A DNA stretch of 45,349 nucleotides from Vulcanimicrobiales bacterium (GCA_038244445.1 JBBRTL010000001.1:1-45349); one strand, 5' to 3'; positions 1-8,447 are shown, counted from the stretch's first letter. The notes: a model not told the origin generated them from the letters alone. Translations and numbers: made by a program.

Positions 1-321
1 ATGATCGTGTTCTTCACCGACGTGATCGACCCGGTCGCGCAGAGCGCCGTCCTGGCCGAACTCGGGACGCTCGCCAAACGCCACCTGGTGGTCTGCGTCT
101 TCATGAACGACGCGGCCGTCGCAAACGCTTTGACGGTTCCGGTGACGAACGCGGCAGGCGCATACGAAGCGGCGGTCGCGCTCGGTCTCGACTACGAGCG
201 TCGCGCGGCCGCCGCGAACCTGAACGCGCGCGGCATCATCACGATCGACGTTCCGGCACGCAAGCTCACGACCGCATTGATCGATCAGTACCTACGCGTC
301 AAGGCGCGCGGACTGATCTAG
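1..321 (+). CDS. DUF58-like protein, C-terminal fragment (gene runs off the left edge)
   Basis: Open from base 1 to TAG 319-321. The tail ...HLVVCVFMND...GIITIDVPARKLTTALIDQYLRVKARGLI resembles the C-terminus of DUF58/vWA-like partners of MoxR ATPases. The neighbouring SpoIIM-like and RDD genes are usual companions of that module. Confidence 0.55.
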   Translation: MIVFFTDVIDPVAQSAVLAELGTLAKRHLVVCVFMNDAAVANALTVPVTNAAGAYEAAVALGLDYERRAAAANLNARGIITIDVPARKLTTALIDQYLRVKARGLI

Positions 322-1301
322 AGTCTGACCGGATCTCCCGGCTTACGGCGCCCGGCCAAGCCGAAGTAGCCGACCAGCGCGACTGCGGTGACGAGGCCGA
401 AATCGAGCCGGACGTTCTCCGGCAGGCGACGCGGGGAGAAAAAGCCTTCGATCGTGCCCGCGACCACCAGCATCGAGGCGACGCCCGCGACCAGCACGCC
501 CGCGCGGCGCGCGTTGGCGACGACCGCGTCGCGACGTCGCAATCGGCCGGGGTAGAGAATGCCGGCGGCGAGGAGCAGTCCGGCGCCGCCCGCGATCTGG
601 ATGGCGGTCAGTTCGATGAAGCCGTGCGGCGCCACCGTGATCCAGAAGTCGCGACCGAAGCCGGCGTTCTCGAAGAGCGCGCCAAGCCCGCCGAGCATCA
701 GCCCGTTGAGCGCGATCTCGTAGATGGTGAAGAGTCCGAGGGTGATCCCGCCCGCGAACGCCATGAACGCGACCCGCACGTTGTTGAAGACGATCAGCGA
801 CGCCATCTCGGGCGAGGAGGCGAACGAGTGCGCGAAGTTCGAGTCGTGCAGGCTCTTCTTGATCTCGGGCGGGACCATGCCTTGCGGGAGCAACGCGTAC
901 GCATCGCCCGGATGGTTCCGGCAGACCACGTAGGCGACCACCGCGGTCACGACCGTGAGCGCCGTGCAGATCGCGAAGAACGCGAACGAGCGGCGAAACT
1001 CGATCGGAAAGGTGTGCGTGTAGAAGCGGGCCACCCGCGTCCAGCCCGTCTCGGCGGATCCTCCATAGACGTAGGCGTGTGCGCGAGCGGTCAGGCGATT
1101 GAGGTACTCGAGCAGCCCTGAGTCGAACGAGCGGCTCTGCGCGTAGGCCAGATCGCTGGTGGTCCAGCGGTAGTTCCGGCCGAGTTCGGCGACCTCTTCG
1201 GGCGCAAGCGCGCGGATGCCGCGCCGGCCGGCTTTCCCCAAGAGTGTCTCGAGCCGCTCCCACGTCGCAGCCCGTCGCTCGACGAACGCCGATTGCTTCA
1301 C
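318..1301 (-). CDS. SpoIIM/DUF95-family integral membrane protein
   Basis: Minus-strand ORF 318..1400. Conserved core ...NNVRVAFMAFAGGITLGLFTIYEIALNGLMLGG...APHGFIELTAIQIAGGAGL... is typical of the SpoIIM family. The start is uncertain: GTG at 1301 gives MKQSAFVERRAATWERLETLL and avoids overlapping the divergent RDD gene. TTG 1310 and the ATG at the ORF limit (1400) are alternatives. Confidence 0.75.
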   Translation of the reverse strand: MKQSAFVERRAATWERLETLLGKAGRRGIRALAPEEVAELGRNYRWTTSDLAYAQSRSFDSGLLEYLNRLTARAHAYVYGGSAETGWTRVARFYTHTFPIEFRRSFAFFAICTALTVVTAVVAYVVCRNHPGDAYALLPQGMVPPEIKKSLHDSNFAHSFASSPEMASLIVFNNVRVAFMAFAGGITLGLFTIYEIALNGLMLGGLGALFENAGFGRDFWITVAPHGFIELTAIQIAGGAGLLLAAGILYPGRLRRRDAVVANARRAGVLVAGVASMLVVAGTIEGFFSPRRLPENVRLDFGLVTAVALVGYFGLAGRRKPGDPVRL

Positions 1302-1362
1302 TTCCCGCAAGTTTGCCGCGCGTCGTAGTGGAGCCTGGCGTTCGCGTCGAAACGACGCATGG

Positions 1363-2103
1363 ATGGAGCGGAACGTCGACGTTCGAACGCCCGAGAGCAT
1401 TGCATTCCGCTACGAGCTGGCCGGGCTCGGCAGCCGCTGTCTGGCGGTCTGCGCCGACATCACCATCCAGACGATCACGCTGCTCTTGATCTTCTGGGGC
1501 ATCTACTACGCCGCGATGCGCCTCCCGACCGCGCACGCCCAGCTCACGCCCGACGACGACAGCCTGGGGCGATCGCTCGCGATCGCGCTCGTCGTCATCA
1601 TCGTCTTCATGGTCTACTTCGGCTATCACATCTTGTTCGAGGCTTTTTGGAACGGTCAGACGCCGGGCAAGAAGATGCTCGGGATCCGGGTCGTGCGCGA
1701 CGGTGGTTACCCGCTCGATTTCGGCGGTGCATTTCTGCGCAACGTCATCCGGATCGGCGAAGAGGCGCTGGGCTTCTACGCGATCTCCGCGGTCACCATG
1801 CTTCTCTCATCGGAGAACAAACGAATCGGCGACTATGCGGCCGGCACCATCGTCGTGCGCGAAGGCAGACTCGCCAAGCCTCTCTCGCTTGTCGAGGCGC
1901 TCTCGGTAGGCGCGCGGGCCGGCTCGGGCGCCTATCTGACCGACGACGAACGCGCGCTGATCGCGCAATTTCTGGCGCGTCGCGCCGACCTGGACGGCCA
2001 GCGCCGCAACGAGTTGGCCGCGGCCTTGGCCGCACGCTTCCGCGACCGAGCGCAGGCGGACCTGCGCATGCTTCGTGATGAGGAACTGTTGGAACGACTA
2101 TGA
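1363..2103 (+). CDS. RDD-family membrane protein
   Basis: ATG 1363 (MERNVDVRTPESIAFRYELAGLG...), TM segments, ...KRIGDYAAGTIVVRE... signature, and a C-terminal soluble tail. The stop overlaps the next ATG (ATGA at 2100-2103). Confidence 0.8.
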   Translation: MERNVDVRTPESIAFRYELAGLGSRCLAVCADITIQTITLLLIFWGIYYAAMRLPTAHAQLTPDDDSLGRSLAIALVVIIVFMVYFGYHILFEAFWNGQTPGKKMLGIRVVRDGGYPLDFGGAFLRNVIRIGEEALGFYAISAVTMLLSSENKRIGDYAAGTIVVREGRLAKPLSLVEALSVGARAGSGAYLTDDERALIAQFLARRADLDGQRRNELAAALAARFRDRAQADLRMLRDEELLERL

Positions 2104-2654
2104 CGCAACCGCTGACGAAACAACTCCTGTGGTGGACGCTGGCATTTCCGATCGTGATGATCGCGGCGCTGATCGCCGGAAGCTTCTTCTGGCTCAACTG
2201 GATCCACGTGCTCTCCGGATCGCTCTGGACCGGCGCCGACCTCTTCATGGGGTTCATCCTGGGCCCGGTCATGCGCAGGCTCGAGCCGCCGCAGCGCTCC
2301 GGCGTGATCGCCTACCTGGTGCCGCGCACGATCCTGTATTTCCCGATGGTCTCGCTCACGACGACGACGGCGGGCTGGTTCCTGGCGGCGCATTTGGGCT
2401 ATACGGTCCCGGGAAACCCGAACTTCGGCTGGGTGGTCGCGGCGCTCGTCATCGTCACGGTGCTGACGATTCAGGGCCTGGGCATTTTTCTGCCCAACTC
2501 GATCCGGATGTGGCGCGAACTGAGCAAGGCCCAACCGGATCGCGAAAAGATCGGGCGGCTCGCACGGATCAACTTCTCGCTCGCGGGCGTGCAGGCGATC
2601 TTCCAAGTGGCGATCATCCTGGTGATGAGCCACTTCGTCGTCGGCGGTCCCTAG
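2100..2654 (+). CDS. hypothetical polytopic membrane protein (about 5 TM), translationally coupled to the RDD gene
   Basis: 184-aa ORF with hydrophobic helices (LLWWTLAFPIVMIAALIAGSFFWL, WVVAALVIVTVLTIQGLGIF, AIFQVAIILVMSHFVV). ATGA overlap with the upstream gene. No family recognised. Confidence 0.6.
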   Translation: MTQPLTKQLLWWTLAFPIVMIAALIAGSFFWLNWIHVLSGSLWTGADLFMGFILGPVMRRLEPPQRSGVIAYLVPRTILYFPMVSLTTTTAGWFLAAHLGYTVPGNPNFGWVVAALVIVTVLTIQGLGIFLPNSIRMWRELSKAQPDREKIGRLARINFSLAGVQAIFQVAIILVMSHFVVGGP

Positions 2655-2669
2655 CGCGGAAGCGGCGCG

Positions 2670-3659
2670 CTACCTCTTGAAACGCGCGATCGTGTCGCGG
2701 GCGAACTGCATCGCGTCGGCCTTGGTACGATCGAAGATCTCCGCGGCTTCGGCCTTGTTCATGTGGTGGCCGTGTTCGAGGAAGAACGTGATCGATTCGC
2801 CGACCACGATGGTGCCGGCGTAGGCGATCGCGCCTTTGATCGGAATGCCCGCGACCGGCACGAAGCCGGAGAGTTCGCGCGCGAGCGCGCGCCAGCCGAA
2901 GCCGCCGCCGATGACGGGCAGGATCTGCCAGACGCGCTGCACGTCGGGATCCTTACCGTACGCGGCCTCGACGTGGAGCAAGAGCATCAACTGGATGCCG
3001 GTGATCGCGACCATGTCGCCGGCCGAGGCGAACGCTCCGAGCACGATTCCGATGACCGGAATGTGATCGGCGACCGCGCTTGCGATCGAGACTTTCAACG
3101 CGTTGTTGGCGGCGTCGCGCGTCAACTTGGCGGCGACCGCTTCGCGCATCGCGGGCAGGCGACGTCCGACGGCGATCTCGACGCCCTTCGAACAGATGAC
3201 GAGCTGCGGGAAGACGCGCCCACGCAGCGCTTCGCGGGTGAGCGCGGGCACCACATACTCGGCCGATGTTCCGGGTGCGGGCGGCGCGCTCGGACCGCTC
3301 GCGGGTGCATCCGGGTCGACCGTCAGCGCCAGGATCGGAAGTTTGAGGGGCGCGAGGATCGCGAGGTCCGCGCCGGCCACATCGCCGGGACGTCCGAGAA
3401 AGATGACGACGCGTGCTTCGACCGGATCGGTCAGCAGCGGCCGACCGGGGACGATCGTCTCGAGACAGGCGGCCGCATCGAGCGGGATCGCGTCGTCCGG
3501 ATGGCCGGAGAGCAACAGGCCGCGGAGCGCCGCGATCAGCCCCGGATCGCCGCAGAGCAGAAACCGGAACGGTTTGCGGACGTGCGCATCGACCGCTCGC
3601 GCGTCGACCTGCGAGCGGACCATCTTGAAGAGATCTTTCGCGCCGTATGCCGTTGCCAT
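2670..3659 (-). CDS. DUF697-like membrane-associated protein with a P-loop-less GTPase-like N-terminal domain
   Basis: ATG at 3659 (MATAYGAKDLF...), 2 nt after the stop of the M48 gene. The C-terminal half ...AVADHIPVIGIVLGAFASAGDMVAITGIQLMLLLHVEAAYGKDPD...LPVIGGGFGWRALAREL... looks like DUF697 (YcjF-like). The N-terminal half has GTPase-like strand/helix spacing, but FRFLLCGDPGLIAALRG replaces a GxxxxGK[ST] Walker A. Confidence 0.7.
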   Translation of the reverse strand: MATAYGAKDLFKMVRSQVDARAVDAHVRKPFRFLLCGDPGLIAALRGLLLSGHPDDAIPLDAAACLETIVPGRPLLTDPVEARVVIFLGRPGDVAGADLAILAPLKLPILALTVDPDAPASGPSAPPAPGTSAEYVVPALTREALRGRVFPQLVICSKGVEIAVGRRLPAMREAVAAKLTRDAANNALKVSIASAVADHIPVIGIVLGAFASAGDMVAITGIQLMLLLHVEAAYGKDPDVQRVWQILPVIGGGFGWRALARELSGFVPVAGIPIKGAIAYAGTIVVGESITFFLEHGHHMNKAEAAEIFDRTKADAMQFARDTIARFKR

Positions 3660-3661
3660 GC

Positions 3662-5725
3662 TCACATCGGGGTGATCGACTGCGAGCCCGACGCATCGCC
3701 CGCGTGGCGGAGTTCGTTTGCCGGGTCGTCGGTGTAGTCGAGATAGACTAGGCCCGTGAAGATCTCGAGCGGCCAGGCGTGCATGCCGCGCGCGTTGGCT
3801 TCGTCGACCATCGAGCGGTGGTTGAGTTTGGCGTCGTCGATGATCGCCTGGGTGGTGGTCTTGGTATCGGCGGCCACGATCGTCGCGACCGTCACATCGC
3901 CCGGATTGAGGTTCTGCTTGATCATGGCGTCGTAGCTGATCCCGTCGTACGTACCTTCGTCGCTCGAGAAGCGTTTGTCGAGCGCGTAGGTGAGCGTCGC
4001 ATAGCGTTGCGGCGAGGTGCCAAGCCCGAGCAGGGCGATGCGCGACTGCAGCTGACGCGCGCGCGCCATGTTGTACAGCTGCGCGGCCTGCGCGGATGCG
4101 ACCGCCGCTTTGTTGATCGAGTCGTTGGCCTTCTGCATGAGCGGCACCAGGGCCTGATAGTCGAACAGCGAGACGTCGCCCGCGAAGTTGATCTGGGCGT
4201 GCTGGAGCGGTTTGAGGAACTCGTCGAGATCGCCCATCGCCTGATCGAGCATCAGGGCCGCGGCGCGGCCGGCATCGACGCCACGCAGCATGTCGGCGCT
4301 CGCGTCGGAGACGTTCTGGAGCATGCTCGGATAGTTCGGCAGGATGGCGAGCGAGTCGGCCGGGATCGGTGCCGAGTCGAGCGGCGCGCGCATCTGCTTG
4401 AGCAAGTCCGAACTCTCGCGGAGCAGGCCGGCCTCCTTGCCGCGATCGAGCGAACCCGGACCGGAGATGGCGTTGCCGGCGTCGTCCAGGCCGCTGTTGA
4501 TCGCGCGCGACATCGACTCGAGGTTCTTGACGATCGCTTCGATCCGCGAACCGGATTTGATCTGCACGTTGCTGAGATCGGGCAACTCGTAGCCGACCGC
4601 GTCGATTCGCGCCGAGAGGTTCTTCAACTGCGCGCGACCTTGATCGCGACGGACTTGGATCTGACCGGCGACGGCCGAGAGATTCTGCTGCGCATCGTTC
4701 ATGGCGGTGCGCAGCTTGTTCAGATTCGGCTGCGTCAGCGAGACGCGACGCGAGTCGATCCGGCGAAGCGCCGCCATCCGTTCGAGCGCGACCGCTTGAG
4801 TCGGCCCGTTGCCCTTCTGGGCGGCTTCCGCGAGCGTCTGTTCGCTCTTGCTGGTCTGCCCGAGCGCGAGTTGGGCCTGGCCGAGTTTGAGCAGCGCCTC
4901 GGCATTGCCCGGATCTTTCTTGAGGATGCTCTGAAGTTCGAGCATCGCGACGTGGTAGCGCGCGCGCTCTTCGTCGCCGACCGCCTGCACGAGCAACTGA
5001 TCGTTCGTCACTTTGGTCGGATCGAGTTCGGGATAGCCGAGCAAATGTTTGATACGATCGGGCGAGGCCGGGTGATCGGCCAGATACTTGGTGACGATAT
5101 CGGAGTGTTCGTCTTCCATCGAGCCCAGATGGTTCATCATCGTGAGCATGGCTTGCGGATCGTAGCCGGCGCGCGACATCAACTGTAGACCGTAGCGGTC
5201 GGCCTGGATCTCGTCGGCGCGCGACATCTTCTGTTGGATTCCGGCTTGCAGCAGACTGCCGAAGTTGTAGATGAACGGCGAGAACAGGGCCGCGATGCCG
5301 AACAGGATGTTGAGCGCTTGCGCTTTCGCCTGCCCGCTGACCGCGTGCCGTCGTTCGATGTGGCCGGTCTCGTGCGCGATCACGCCCGCCAGTTCGTCGT
5401 CGCTCTGCACGAAGTCGATCAGACCCTCGTAGACGTAGACGTAGCCGCCCAGGGTCGAGTACGCGTTGACGTCGCCCGCCTTGATGATCTTGATGTTGTA
5501 CGGGACGTCTTTGCGCGCGGTCTCGGCGAAGAGCTTGTCGCCGATCGATTTGACGTAGGCGTTGAGCAGCGGGTCGGTCTCGATCACGTTCGTCTGGACG
5601 ATCTCGTTGTCGGCCGCCTGTCCGGCGGCGATCTCGGCTTGCGTCGACATGGCGAGCGCCGGCGCCGGGACCATATTGGCCAGGAGCGTGATGGAGACGA
5701 TGAACGGAACGATACGGCGTAGCAT
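3662..5725 (-). CDS. exported M48-family zinc metalloprotease with TPR region and long helical C-terminal extension (BepA/YfgC-like)
   Basis: 687 aa. Signal peptide MLRRIVPFIVSITLLANMVPAPALA, HExxH site (VIAHETGHIERRH), a TPR-like stretch (ARYHVAMLELQSILKKDPGNAEALLKLGQAQLALGQ), then about 330 aa of helix-rich sequence. AAGGA Shine-Dalgarno about 11 nt upstream of ATG 5725. Confidence 0.85.
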   Translation of the reverse strand: MLRRIVPFIVSITLLANMVPAPALAMSTQAEIAAGQAADNEIVQTNVIETDPLLNAYVKSIGDKLFAETARKDVPYNIKIIKAGDVNAYSTLGGYVYVYEGLIDFVQSDDELAGVIAHETGHIERRHAVSGQAKAQALNILFGIAALFSPFIYNFGSLLQAGIQQKMSRADEIQADRYGLQLMSRAGYDPQAMLTMMNHLGSMEDEHSDIVTKYLADHPASPDRIKHLLGYPELDPTKVTNDQLLVQAVGDEERARYHVAMLELQSILKKDPGNAEALLKLGQAQLALGQTSKSEQTLAEAAQKGNGPTQAVALERMAALRRIDSRRVSLTQPNLNKLRTAMNDAQQNLSAVAGQIQVRRDQGRAQLKNLSARIDAVGYELPDLSNVQIKSGSRIEAIVKNLESMSRAINSGLDDAGNAISGPGSLDRGKEAGLLRESSDLLKQMRAPLDSAPIPADSLAILPNYPSMLQNVSDASADMLRGVDAGRAAALMLDQAMGDLDEFLKPLQHAQINFAGDVSLFDYQALVPLMQKANDSINKAAVASAQAAQLYNMARARQLQSRIALLGLGTSPQRYATLTYALDKRFSSDEGTYDGISYDAMIKQNLNPGDVTVATIVAADTKTTTQAIIDDAKLNHRSMVDEANARGMHAWPLEIFTGLVYLDYTDDPANELRHAGDASGSQSITPM

Positions 5726-5823
5726 GCGAATCGCTATCCTTTACCCTGAGACGGGTCCGATTGTTGCGGCTACCCGGAAGAACGCTCGGGGGACCTTCCG
5801 CGTTACCGACGTTACGAGGAGAA

Positions 5824-5876
5824 CCTGTGGGGTTCGTGTGGATAACGCGATAATCTTGTGGGTTGCTTGTGGAGTG
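5824..5876 (+). promoter_or_regulatory. phased TGTGG direct-repeat array (four 11-mers) flanking a GATAAT -10-like hexamer; contains one perfect DnaA-box 9-mer
   Basis: CCTGTGGGGTT (5824-5834), CGTGTGGATAA (5835-5845), spacer CGCGATAAT (5846-5854), CTTGTGGGTTG (5855-5865), CTTGTGGAGTG (5866-5876). TGTGG cores start at 5826, 5837, 5857 and 5868. TGTGGATAA is the reverse complement of TTATCCACA. The array sits in the 255-bp divergent region between the M48 gene and minC. Confidence 0.45.
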
Positions 5877-5980
5877 CGCAGGGGTCGGCACGAGACGGGC
5901 CCAACCCGAAGCCAATCCCTTCGAGACGCCGCTTCGCGGGCTCTTCGGGACAAGCTCATCAAAGGAATACGACGGTCGGA

Positions 5981-6799
5981 ATGACGCTTTTGCGCGGCAA
6001 AGGACTTGGTCTTGAAGTCGTCCTGACGGGGCGCGATTTCGACGAGGCCTTGGTCGAACTAGAAGAGCGCTTGGCCGCTCAGCCGGGGTTCTATCGCGGT
6101 TCCGATGCGGTCGTCGTCGGCGAAACCGAGCCCGACCACGAGCAGACCCAGCGTCTGCGCCGGGTCCTCGAGGTCGGCGGGATTGCATTCAAGGGCTTCA
6201 CCCCTGCCGCCGTCGTCGAAGGGGCCGAGCTTCAGCGTCGCCGGGCCATGCGCCCGCTCCGCGACGACGTCACCCTTTTGGACTCGGCGCGCTCGTTGGT
6301 CGCCGATTTTGCCGGGGCCCGGGCCGACATCGCTCAGCGCCGCCGCCGCGGTGAGGAATCCGTCCGTCGCGCCGACCTGGCCACCCGCCCTCCGGTCTCG
6401 GCTACCGCGCCGCCCGCGCTGACGGTCGTCGAGCCGCCGCCGAGTACGCATTACCACGTCGGCACCCTGCGGGGCGGCCAGTCGCTCCAGCAGGTCGGCA
6501 ACATCGTGGTCGTCGGCGATGTCAATCCGGGCGCCGAGTTGATCGCGAGCGGCGACATCGTCGTCTTCGGCCGCCTCGGCGGGGTCGCCCACGCCGGCGC
6601 CCAAGGTGATGCGACCGCCCGCGTCTACGCCCTCGACCTCTCGCCGACCCAGTTGCGGATCGCCTCGTGCATCGCGGCCGACACCGGCGAGCGAACCGAT
6701 CCGCCGGGACCCGAAGCGGCCTTCGTCCGCGACGGGCGGATTTTGGTCGCCGTCCTCGATAAACTTCCTCACCCCGAAGCCCAGGGAGCCCAAACTTAA
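5981..6799 (+). CDS. minC: septum site-determining protein MinC
   Basis: ATG 5981 (MTLLRGKGLGLEVVLTG...) with AAAGGAA upstream. C-terminal beta-helix signature ...LRGGQSLQQVGNIVVVGDVNPGAELIASGDIVVFGRLGGVAHAGAQGD.... TAA ends 1 nt before the minD ATG. Confidence 0.9.
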   Translation: MTLLRGKGLGLEVVLTGRDFDEALVELEERLAAQPGFYRGSDAVVVGETEPDHEQTQRLRRVLEVGGIAFKGFTPAAVVEGAELQRRRAMRPLRDDVTLLDSARSLVADFAGARADIAQRRRRGEESVRRADLATRPPVSATAPPALTVVEPPPSTHYHVGTLRGGQSLQQVGNIVVVGDVNPGAELIASGDIVVFGRLGGVAHAGAQGDATARVYALDLSPTQLRIASCIAADTGERTDPPGPEAAFVRDGRILVAVLDKLPHPEAQGAQT

Positions 6800-6800
6800 G

Positions 6801-7595
6801 ATGAGCGGTCGCAGAATCGTCGTCACGTCGGGCAAGGGCGGCGTCGGCAAGACCACGACCACGGCCAACCTCGGCGCGACCCTGGCCAAGCGCGGACATC
6901 GCGTGATCCTGATCGATGCGGACATCGGTCTGCGCAATCTGGATCTGGTGCTCGGGCTCGAGAAGCGGATCGTCTTCGACATCGTCGAGGTCGTCGAAGG
7001 GCGTTGCCAGCTCCGCCAGGCGCTGATCAAGGACAAGCGCTTCGGCGAGCTGCTCTCGATCTTACCGGCCGCTCAGACCCGCGACAAGGACGCGATCACC
7101 GAAGAGCAGTTCGCGGAGATCGTCAAGCAGGCGGCCGAGTTGGCCGACTACGTCTTCATCGATTGTCCGGCCGGGATCGAGGCCGGCTTCCGCAATGCGA
7201 TCGCAGGTGCCGACGAAGCCATCATCGTGACCACGCCCGAGGTGAGCGCGATCCGCGACGCCGACCGCGTGATCGGCAAGGTGACGGAGAAGAATCTGCC
7301 CGTCCGCCTGATCGTCAATCGCCTTCGTCCCGAGATGGTGCGCACCGGCGACATGCTCTCGGTCGAAGACGTCTGTGAAATTCTTTCGGCCGAACTGATC
7401 GGCGTCGTGCCCGACGACGAAGAAGTGATCGACACGACCAATCGCGGCGAGCCGATCGTACTCGGCGAAGCGAACAAGCTGAAGGTCGTCTACGAAAAGA
7501 TCGCGCGCCGTTTAGAGGGCGAACTCGTTCCGTTCACCAATTTCGACAACCAAGGATTTTTCGGACGCCTCCTCGGCGTACTGAAAGCGGGGTAG
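6801..7595 (+). CDS. minD: septum site-determining ATPase MinD (copy 1)
   Basis: 264 aa. Deviant Walker A TSGKGGVGKTTTTANLG, IDCPAGIE, NRLRPEMV...MLSVEDV, and a C-terminal amphipathic membrane-targeting helix GFFGRLLGVLKAG. Confidence 0.93.
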   Translation: MSGRRIVVTSGKGGVGKTTTTANLGATLAKRGHRVILIDADIGLRNLDLVLGLEKRIVFDIVEVVEGRCQLRQALIKDKRFGELLSILPAAQTRDKDAITEEQFAEIVKQAAELADYVFIDCPAGIEAGFRNAIAGADEAIIVTTPEVSAIRDADRVIGKVTEKNLPVRLIVNRLRPEMVRTGDMLSVEDVCEILSAELIGVVPDDEEVIDTTNRGEPIVLGEANKLKVVYEKIARRLEGELVPFTNFDNQGFFGRLLGVLKAG

Positions 7596-7601
7596 CAAGC
7601 G

Positions 7602-8447
7602 ATGCACGAAGTTCAACCCGAGCCCGTACCGGTGACGCAGACCCCGAAACGCGGACGCGCCATCGTCATCACGTCCGGCAAGGGTGGCGTCGGTAAGACG
7701 ACCACGACCGCCAACCTCGGGCACGCGCTCGCCGCGCGCGGCTGCAGCGTCGCATTGATCGACGCCGACGTCGGCCTGCGCAATCTCGACATCGTGCTCG
7801 GCCTGGAGAGTCGCGTCAAGCATCACGTGCTCGACGTGCTCGAAGGCAAGGTCGAACTTGAAGAAGCCCTCGTCCGCGACAAGCATAACGAGAACCTCGT
7901 GCTGCTGGCCGCCGCCCAGACGCGCGAGAAGGACGAAGTCGACACCGAGAAAATGAAGGCGCTGGTCGAACAGATGCGCGAGCGCTTCGACTACGTCATC
8001 ATCGACTGTCCGGCCGGCATCGAACTCGGATTCAAGAACGCCGTCATCGGCGCCGACGAAGCGATCGTGGTCTGCACGCCCGAGGTCTCGGCGGTGCGCG
8101 ACGTGGACCGCGTGGTCGGCCTGCTCGGCAACCGATTCCGCCCGCAGTTGATCGTCAACCGCCTGCGCCCGGCGCTGGTGAAGAAAGGCAAGATGCTCTC
8201 GGTCGAGGACGTCAACGCCATCCTGCGCCTGCCACTGCTCGGCGTGATCGCCGACGAACCTGAGATCATCATCACCACCAACCGCGGCGAACCGATCGCG
8301 CTCCGGCGCGACGGGGCGACCGCCTCCGCCTATCACGCGATCGCTGCGCGCATCGCCGGCGACGACGTGCCCGCCCCGACCGTCGAGACCAAGGAGACCT
8401 CGTTCTTCGGCAAGCTCGGCGCGATCTTCGGAGGGTCGAAGGCATGA
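7602..8447 (+). CDS. minD: MinD paralogue (copy 2) with a short N-terminal extension
   Basis: 281 aa. It has the same motifs (TSGKGGVGKTTTTANLG, IDCPAGIE, NRLRPALV...MLSVEDV) and its own C-terminal amphipathic helix SFFGKLGAIFGG. It starts 6 nt after copy 1 ends, and its stop overlaps the minE ATG (ATGA). Confidence 0.9.
   Translation: MHEVQPEPVPVTQTPKRGRAIVITSGKGGVGKTTTTANLGHALAARGCSVALIDADVGLRNLDIVLGLESRVKHHVLDVLEGKVELEEALVRDKHNENLVLLAAAQTREKDEVDTEKMKALVEQMRERFDYVIIDCPAGIELGFKNAVIGADEAIVVCTPEVSAVRDVDRVVGLLGNRFRPQLIVNRLRPALVKKGKMLSVEDVNAILRLPLLGVIADEPEIIITTNRGEPIALRRDGATASAYHAIAARIAGDDVPAPTVETKETSFFGKLGAIFGGSKA

Noticed and set aside
343-1629. 428-aa minus-strand ORF overlapping the SpoIIM-like and RDD genes
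   Set aside because: Alternate frame of real genes with extreme Arg/Gly/Asp content and no motif. It is a typical high-GC artefact.
5826-5876. Interpretation of the TGTGG/DnaA-box cluster as the chromosomal origin (oriC)
   Set aside because: Only one of the four units is a good DnaA box (the others share just CCACA). There is no adjacent AT-rich unwinding element and no dnaA, dnaN or rpmH nearby. It is kept as a regulatory-site finding instead.
5858-5980. Upstream extension of minC (313-aa version)
   Set aside because: The extension is Arg/Ser/Pro-rich and overlaps the repeat array. MinC homology begins at MTLLRGKG (ATG 5981), which has a Shine-Dalgarno-like AAAGGAA.
3660-6188. N-terminal roughly 840 codons of the 1172-aa minus-strand ORF (2670..6188)
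   Set aside because: The frame is merely open across the M48 gene in an alternate frame. The translation is an Arg/Gly/Asp/Pro-rich nonsense-like sequence. The credible gene starts at ATG 3659, right after the M48 stop.
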